A DNA stretch of 11,497 nt from a bacterium (lineage in GTDB: Bacteria > Joyebacterota > Joyebacteria > Joyebacterales > Joyebacteraceae): NCBI GenBank assembly GCA_025782345.1, contig JALGZG010000260.1, positions 1-11,497 on the forward strand. The letters run 5' to 3'. The stretch's first letter is position 1, and each line of letters starts with the position of its first letter. The notes under the pieces are model-generated. The model saw only the letters and a list, made by a program, of their open reading frames with translations, did not search any database and was not told where the DNA came from. Made by a program: the position numbers and the translations under genes. Below are positions 6,477 to 11,497 of this stretch, piece after piece.

Positions 6477-7829
6477 ATGTATCTGAGGCACAGAGCAGCG
6501 CGCAGACGCCCCGCGATGACGTGGATCCTCACGGGGAAGGTGCTTTTGATTGCGGTCTTGACCGCGTCGGCGATCGCGCTGTGTTCGAGGGCCGTCACGG
6601 GCAACGACGGCAAGCAGTGGAGCAACGAGCCGGCTGCCGGCTCGGAGGACCCCGGACCGCCCGGCAGGTGGCGGACCGCGCGGGGAGAGGCGAAGGAGAA
6701 GCTCTCGGCCGAGCAGGCCCGCGAGATCGCGAAGCTACGCTCCCTCGGGTACCTCTCCGGCTCGACCCCCGCTCCGGACGACTCCGGCGTGGTTCTGTTC
6801 GACGCGGCGCGGGCCTGGTCGGGGCTGAACTTCTTCACGTCCGGGCACTTCGCCGGCGCCATACTCATGGATATGAACGGGCACGTGCTCCACGAATGGA
6901 GCTACGATTTCCTCGAGGCGTGGCCCGACGAGACCGAATCGGCCGAGAACGACGGCGCGGAATATTGGCGATGGGCCCACCTCTACGAGAACGGCGATCT
7001 GCTGGCGATCTTCGAGGGGCTGGGGCTCATCAAGCTGGACAAGGACTCCCACCTTATCTGGAAGCACTACGGCGCCGAGCACCACGACCTCGAAGTGGTG
7101 GACGACGGCAGCATTTACGTCCTGACGAGGAAGGCCCGCATGGTTCCTCGTGTCAATGAACGGATGCCGATTCTCGAGGACTTCGTGACCGTGCTTGACG
7201 CATACGGCCGCGTGATCCGGGAGGTGTCCGTGCTCGAGGCGTTCGAAAATTCCGCCTTCGCCAGTTCTCCCGCCGCACGCGACATGCCGAAGCGGGGGGA
7301 CATCTATCACACCAACGCCATCGAGGTGCTCGACGGTCGACTCGCAGATCGTCTCCCGGCCTTCCGGCGGGGCAACGTGCTCCTCTCGATGAGGCAGCTC
7401 AGCACAATCGCGGTGCTGGATGTGGACCTCCAGGAGATTGTCTGGGTATCGTCCGACATGTGGCTCGAGCAGCACGACCCCAAGGTGCTCGAGAACGGCA
7501 ACATCCTCGTCTTTGACAACAAGGGCAACGACGGGCAGTCGAAGATCGTGGAATTCGATCCTGTCACGCGGGAGACCGAGTGGAGCTACAGCGGGGACGC
7601 CTCATCGATGTTCTTCACCAGGATGTGCGGTGCTGCCCACCGCCTGCCGAATGGAAACACGATAATCACCGAATCGGACTACGGCAGGGCGTTCGAGGTC
7701 ACGCCGGCGGGGGAGATGGTCTGGGAGTTCCTCAATGCGCACCGTGCGGGGAAGCACGGCAATCTCATTGCCACGCTCTTCGACGTCATCAGACTCGACC
7801 CCGACTTCCCCGTGGACTGGCTGGAGTAG
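6477..7829 (+). CDS. Secreted or membrane-anchored beta-propeller-like protein, paralog P3 (450 aa).
   Basis: The ATG at 6477 has GGGAGG 9 nt upstream. An alternative ATG lies at 6516 (MTWILTGKVLLIAVLTASAIALC...). There is a hydrophobic N-terminal segment. The protein is collinear with P1/P2 and has all the conserved blocks. Confidence 0.85.
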   Translation: MYLRHRAARRRPAMTWILTGKVLLIAVLTASAIALCSRAVTGNDGKQWSNEPAAGSEDPGPPGRWRTARGEAKEKLSAEQAREIAKLRSLGYLSGSTPAPDDSGVVLFDAARAWSGLNFFTSGHFAGAILMDMNGHVLHEWSYDFLEAWPDETESAENDGAEYWRWAHLYENGDLLAIFEGLGLIKLDKDSHLIWKHYGAEHHDLEVVDDGSIYVLTRKARMVPRVNERMPILEDFVTVLDAYGRVIREVSVLEAFENSAFASSPAARDMPKRGDIYHTNAIEVLDGRLADRLPAFRRGNVLLSMRQLSTIAVLDVDLQEIVWVSSDMWLEQHDPKVLENGNILVFDNKGNDGQSKIVEFDPVTRETEWSYSGDASSMFFTRMCGAAHRLPNGNTIITESDYGRAFEVTPAGEMVWEFLNAHRAGKHGNLIATLFDVIRLDPDFPVDWLE

Positions 7830-7892
7830 CAGGTTAGTTGGCGGAACGAAGAACAGTCGGAACACGATCGCGCACACGAGAGCAGTACGGAC

Positions 7893-7920
7893 GAAGGCCC
7901 GCCGAAATGGCGGGCCTTCC
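7893..7920 (+). terminator. Hairpin terminator after the paralog operon: GAAGGCCCGCC-gaaat-GGCGGGCCTTC (perfect 11-bp stem, 5-nt loop), with no U-tract.
   Basis: A perfect inverted repeat seen in the sequence, 64 nt after the P3 stop. The stem is GC-rich. The absence of a T-run is common for terminators in high-GC taxa but lowers confidence. Confidence 0.5.
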
Positions 7921-8146
7921 TGCAGCTGCACGTCCTGCCCCGAGGGCCAGTCGGGCGATACATCCCGCGACTCCCAGGTTGCATTCGCCGACAGTATGGA
8001 GGGCCCCATGTGTGCGGTCAAGCCGGCGCCCTTCTGCTCGGGAAGAATGCCGCCGGCCGGAGCGTCTGTTGGTCAGAGCAGGCGACCGCGCATTCCCAAG
8101 CGCCCGGGGGCGCGGCCGGGTCACGGGCGCAGCGGGGAGGCTGAAC

Positions 8147-9433
8147 ATGACACGGCTCAAGCGCGCGACGATCGTGCTTCCCTTGGTTGTCCTTCTGCTT
8201 GGTGTGGTCGTGCCCGTTCTTCTGGAGCGGGACGACTCCGTCCGGGCATCCCGCGTGGAGGTTCGCGAGGCGCGGACCTCCGGCAGGACGGCGGGGGAGT
8301 GGGCGAAGCTCGCCTACGTGGCACAGAAGCGGGGTAAACTGAGGGAGGCCCTCTCGTACATCAAGACGGCGGAGAGCGTCAACCCTGGCGCTCAGTACGC
8401 CACCGAACTCAGGGAGATCAGGAAGGCCAGGCACAGGGCATCCGAGGCCGAGCGCAGCCGCCGCAGGTTGACCGAAGGCCCCGTCGATCACGTCGTTTTC
8501 GGCGAAGACGGAGCAGTCGCGTCGGCTCACAGGCGGGTCACCGTTCTGCCCGGCGAGAGTCTCTGGACGCTGGCGCGTGATCTCGTGGCCGCCGGGCGCC
8601 GCGTTTCCACCGATGAGGTCGCCGGCGGCGACAGGGACGTCTACCGGACGTGGGACGCGCTCACGGCACTGAACGGCGTCCGCGAGCTGGAGGTGGGAGA
8701 GCGCGTTCGGGTGCCGCTCTTCCTTGCCGAGCAGACGGCGCTGGCGGACGCGAACCGGCGGGACCACGAGCGGATAGCGGCCGCATCCTCGGCCCTGGCC
8801 GAGGGAGACATCGACGGTGCGGCCAGGCTGCGGGGAGAGTTCGAGGAGGGCTTCGCCGAGACGACCGCCGAGTGCCGGCAGCTCGACGACGCGCTCGCCG
8901 CGGCTATAGAGGAGCGAACCGTGAGGCTCGAACTCGACCGTGAGCGCGCGCTCGTGAACGATGTCCGCGACGCCCTGGCGCGAGTCCCCGGGATGCCTCG
9001 GGCCACGCGGCACTCCGAGCGCCTGGACATACTGAACGGGGCGCTGGTCGCGCTGTCGGAGGCGGAGGCACTCCGCGGAGGGGCCCAGTACTCAGACGCC
9101 GCCGAACTCGTGGCGCGACTCCTCTCCGAGGAGATGAGGTTCACGATCGGACCCGACGGAACGGTGCTGGCGGCCAAGTCCACCGGTGTGAGCTACACGC
9201 AGGCGGCACGCCGCGTTGTCGAGTGGGTTCTCGAACGGGAGCTGCGCGCGAGCGGTCGGAGCTTCCCGCATTCGAACGAGAAGTCGGCGGACGAGAAGGC
9301 GTGGGCGCGATACCTGGCGGACGCGGCCCGCGAGGCGGGCAAGAGAGGGGTGGACTTCACCGCGCTGCTTGAGGCCGTCGATGAGAACGTCGAGCTTCTG
9401 CTGCCGGACCCGGTGGCCTACTTCGCGGACTGA
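8147..9433 (+). CDS. Hypothetical membrane-anchored protein (428 aa). It has an N-terminal TM helix, a LysM-like segment and a long alpha-helical Ala/Arg/Glu-rich C-terminal domain.
   Basis: The ATG at 8147 has GGGGAGG 8 nt upstream. MTRLKRATIVLPLVVLLLGVVVPVLL is a TM anchor. Residues ~129-191 (RVTVLPGESLWTLARDLV...ALTALNGVRELEVGERVRVPL) follow a LysM-like pattern (V.PGESLW.LA...LN......VGE...VP). The 103 codons upstream in ORF 7838.. are Arg-rich junk and contain the terminator hairpin. Confidence 0.7.
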   Translation: MTRLKRATIVLPLVVLLLGVVVPVLLERDDSVRASRVEVREARTSGRTAGEWAKLAYVAQKRGKLREALSYIKTAESVNPGAQYATELREIRKARHRASEAERSRRRLTEGPVDHVVFGEDGAVASAHRRVTVLPGESLWTLARDLVAAGRRVSTDEVAGGDRDVYRTWDALTALNGVRELEVGERVRVPLFLAEQTALADANRRDHERIAAASSALAEGDIDGAARLRGEFEEGFAETTAECRQLDDALAAAIEERTVRLELDRERALVNDVRDALARVPGMPRATRHSERLDILNGALVALSEAEALRGGAQYSDAAELVARLLSEEMRFTIGPDGTVLAAKSTGVSYTQAARRVVEWVLERELRASGRSFPHSNEKSADEKAWARYLADAAREAGKRGVDFTALLEAVDENVELLLPDPVAYFAD

Positions 9434-9513
9434 GCGGGGGCGCCGGCGTCACACGATCCTCGTTGAGCGAACCCGATATCGCCGCCATCCTGTCCGGGGG
9501 GAGGCTTCGAGGC

Positions 9514-10305
9514 ATGCCGCACTCGGGCCGCTCCCGGACGGGAGGCGCCATGGCCCACTGGACGGACGACTTCTTCACGGGCTACTGGTCGATGATGCAA
9601 AAGGCCGCGCCGATGACGGGCGTGGCCGCCGAAGAGACGTGTGTTCTGCGGAAGATCCTCAGGCTCCGGAAGGGGAGCAGGGTTGCCGACGTGCCGTGTG
9701 GAGACGGACGCATCTCGCTCGAGTTGGCCAGGGCCGGGTGCAGGGTCGTGGGCGTGGATGCCTGTGAACGAAGCGTGCGGCGGGCCCGGAGGCAGTTTGG
9801 GAAGGCGGGGCTTCAAGGCACGTTTCATCTCGGCGACATGCGGGACCTCCGGTTACCGCGTGAGTTCAACGCCGTCATCAACTGGTGGGGGAGCTTCGGC
9901 TACTTCGATGAGGCGACGAACAAGCGTGTCCTCAAGGGGTTCGCGGACGTCCTCAAGCCGGGTGGGCGGGTTCTCATCGATCAGGTCAACCGCGAGCGCG
10001 TCCTCAGGCAGTTCCGTGGGAAGGACGTGTTCAGATGGGGCGGGGTCACGGTGACGACCCGGAACACCTGGGACGCGAAGCGCCAGCGCATCAACGGCTC
10101 GTGGCTCTTCGAGCGCGGGGGCAGACAAGAGCGCCGGCGGAGCTCCATCAGGCTCTACACACCCTCCGAGATGAGGGCTCTGATGGAGTCCGCCGGGCTC
10201 ACTGTCGAACGCATCTGCGACGGCAAGACCGGGCTTCCGTTCACGCGCGGAAGCCTGCGGATGTCGACCGTCGGACGGAAGCCGCGGGCCGCTCCGCGGT
10301 CCTAG
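9514..10305 (+). CDS. Class I SAM-dependent methyltransferase (Methyltransf_11/25-like). The start is uncertain: TTG 9463, ATG 9514 or ATG 9550.
   Basis: Motif I VADVPCGDGRISLELARAG, an acidic residue after beta2 (VGVDACE), motif post-I LGDMRDL, motif II FNAVINWWGSFGYF and motif III LKPGGRVLI. GGAGG lies 10 nt before ATG 9514, and GGGAGG lies 4 nt before ATG 9550. Confidence 0.8.
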   Translation: MPHSGRSRTGGAMAHWTDDFFTGYWSMMQKAAPMTGVAAEETCVLRKILRLRKGSRVADVPCGDGRISLELARAGCRVVGVDACERSVRRARRQFGKAGLQGTFHLGDMRDLRLPREFNAVINWWGSFGYFDEATNKRVLKGFADVLKPGGRVLIDQVNRERVLRQFRGKDVFRWGGVTVTTRNTWDAKRQRINGSWLFERGGRQERRRSSIRLYTPSEMRALMESAGLTVERICDGKTGLPFTRGSLRMSTVGRKPRAAPRS

Positions 10306-11237
10306 TTCCCCGTCATCTGCTTCAGGAGTTTGAAGTAGTCGCCGTCGGTCGTCAGTATCAGCGTGCTCTCACTGTCCAGCGTCGTCTTGTAGCTCTCGAG
10401 GGTCCTCAGGAACGAGTAAAACCCCGGGTCGCGACCGAAGGCGTCGGCGTAGATCTTGGCCGCGTCGGCGTCGGCGTTCCCCTTCAGCTCCTCCGCGATG
10501 CGGTACGCCCCGGACGTTATCCGCTGGAGTTCCTTCTCCTTCTGGCCGCGTATCTCCGCGCTCTGGCCCTGTCCCTCGGACCTGTAGCGCTCGGCGATTC
10601 TCTGGCGCTCGGAGATCATCCGCTCGTAGACCTTCTGCCGGACCTCCTCGACGTAGTTGACGCGCTTGATCTTCACGTCGACGAGCTCGATGCCGTACCT
10701 TGGCATCTGCTCCGCCGCGCGCTCGAGAACCAGCGCCGCGATCTCCGACCGGCCTATCCCGATCTCCTCCTGCGCCTCGCGAGGGACGTCCATCTCGAAG
10801 ATCTCCATCTCGCGATTCGTATTCCGGACGACCTCGAGGAGGTTGTGGCTGGTCAGGAGGTCGCGCGTGATGGCGTCGATGATGTCGTCCAGCCGTGCGT
10901 GTGCACCGATCTCGTCCGTCACGGACTGCATGAACTTGAGCGGGTCGGCGATGCGCCAGCGGGCGAACGTGTCGACCCAGATGTACCTCTTGTCCCTGGT
11001 AGGGATCTGTCGCGGACTGCCGTCCCACTCGAGGATGCGCTTGTCGAACGTGTTCACCTTCTGGATGAACGGCACCTTGATCTTGAGTCCGGGCTCGCTG
11101 ACGGCGTCACCGATGGGTTTCCCAAACTGGGTGATGATGATCTGTTCGGTCATGTCGACCACGTAGAGCGAGTTCGTCAGGACGATGAGCCCCAGGAACG
11201 CTGCCACCACCACTATTGCGAGTCTGGTCGTCTTCAT
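10302..11237 (-). CDS. hflC: Protease modulator HflC (SPFH/band-7 domain membrane protein), 311 aa.
   Basis: N-terminal TM (MKTTRLAIVVVAAFLGLIVL). It is collinear with E. coli HflC (EPGLKIKVPFIQKV, RIADPLKF, YGIELVDVKIKRVNY, ADAAKIYADAFGRDPGFYSFLRTLESY). AAGGAGG lies 6 nt upstream. The ATGA overlaps the stop of the upstream hflK. Confidence 0.9.
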   Translation of the reverse strand: MKTTRLAIVVVAAFLGLIVLTNSLYVVDMTEQIIITQFGKPIGDAVSEPGLKIKVPFIQKVNTFDKRILEWDGSPRQIPTRDKRYIWVDTFARWRIADPLKFMQSVTDEIGAHARLDDIIDAITRDLLTSHNLLEVVRNTNREMEIFEMDVPREAQEEIGIGRSEIAALVLERAAEQMPRYGIELVDVKIKRVNYVEEVRQKVYERMISERQRIAERYRSEGQGQSAEIRGQKEKELQRITSGAYRIAEELKGNADADAAKIYADAFGRDPGFYSFLRTLESYKTTLDSESTLILTTDGDYFKLLKQMTGN

Positions 11238-11497
11238 TTCCCGCCTCCTTTCGCGTCAAGCTGGAGGAGGGGGATGAGGTTCTTGAGCTCCGGGTCGATG
11301 ATGATCTTGTTGGGGATCCGCGGGAGGATCTCGCTCATGGTCTCCAGATAGAGCCGTCTCTTCGTGACGTCACGTGCGCGCGAGTACTCCCGCCAGACCG
11401 CGACGAAGCGCTCGGCGTCACCCTCGGCGCGGTTGACACGAGCCACGGCGTAGCCCTCGGCGGCGCGGATGACGCGCTCTGCCTCACCCTCTGCGGC
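11234..11497 (-). CDS. hflK: HflK, C-terminal portion. The 5' end lies beyond the window edge.
   Basis: The frame is open from 11497 downward (AAEGEAERVIRAAEGYAVARVNRAEGDAERFVAVWREYSRARDVTKRRLYLETMSEILPRIPNKIIID...). This matches the HflK C-terminal region (AEGEA..RF..L..EY...P..T..RLY.ETME.VL). Stop TGA at 11236..11234, immediately overlapping the hflC ATG. Confidence 0.85.
   Translation of the reverse strand, partial: AAEGEAERVIRAAEGYAVARVNRAEGDAERFVAVWREYSRARDVTKRRLYLETMSEILPRIPNKIIIDPELKNLIPLLQLDAKGGGK

Noticed and set aside
5385-6491. 368-aa ORF antisense to paralog P2, and similar long antisense ORFs at 4029..4472, 6735..7475, 7602..8021, 8018..9013 and 10369..11028
   Set aside because: These are typical high-GC shadow ORFs. 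Their translations are Arg/Pro/Val/Asp-rich with no motifs. They lie fully inside well-supported genes on the opposite strand and have no SD.
6477-6520. Possible Tat (twin-arginine) signal in P3 (AARRRPAMTW)
   Set aside because: It does not match the S/T-R-R-x-F-L-K consensus. A Sec-type hydrophobic segment follows. The alternative start at 6516 would remove the RRR altogether.
7838-8146. Upstream ATG (7838) extending the LysM-like membrane protein by 103 residues
   Set aside because: The extension is Arg/Pro/Ala-rich with no structure and contains the terminator hairpin. The internal ATG 8147 has a GGGGAGG SD and starts directly with a positively charged TM anchor.
1-11497. CRISPR arrays, tRNA/rRNA genes, IS/transposase or integrase genes, large direct repeats
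   Set aside because: No repeat-spacer periodicity, no tRNA-like cloverleaf candidates noticed, and no transposase/integrase-like translations in any frame. The only repeats are the diverged paralogous genes themselves.

Overview
High-GC (~67-68%) bacterial window. SD-like GGAGG/GGGAGG elements precede most predicted starts, and most of the long six-frame ORFs are antisense shadow ORFs. Real content by my reading: (i) a tandem array of four diverged paralogous genes for secreted beta-propeller-like proteins of ~430-450 aa. One partial copy lies at the 5' edge (1..393) and three complete copies (3807..7829) form a tightly packed operon. They share blocks such as FDNGD, HHDLKV, GDIFHTNA(I/V)E(I/V)LDG, QHDP, LPNGNT(L/I)ITESD, EVTP..VWE and DFP(L/V)DWL. 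My best guess is the arylsulfotransferase (ASST)-like propeller family. (ii) A CUT1-type sugar ABC importer operon on the minus strand, splitting the paralog array: lipoprotein substrate-binding protein (SBP), then two permeases, with no ATPase gene. (iii) A divergent promoter region between the SBP gene and paralog 1, with recognisable sigma70-like -35/-10 hexamers on both strands. (iv) A hairpin terminator after paralog 3. (v) An orphan membrane-anchored protein with a LysM-like segment and a long helical Ala/Arg/Glu-rich domain. (vi) A class I SAM-dependent methyltransferase. (vii) hflC and the 3' part of hflK on the minus strand (SPFH/band-7 protease modulators), running off the window. 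No rRNA, tRNA, CRISPR or mobile-element signatures were seen. The most unusual content is the diversifying secreted propeller gene family, with apparent gene-conversion tracts, wrapped around a sugar importer, together with the orphan LysM-like membrane protein.
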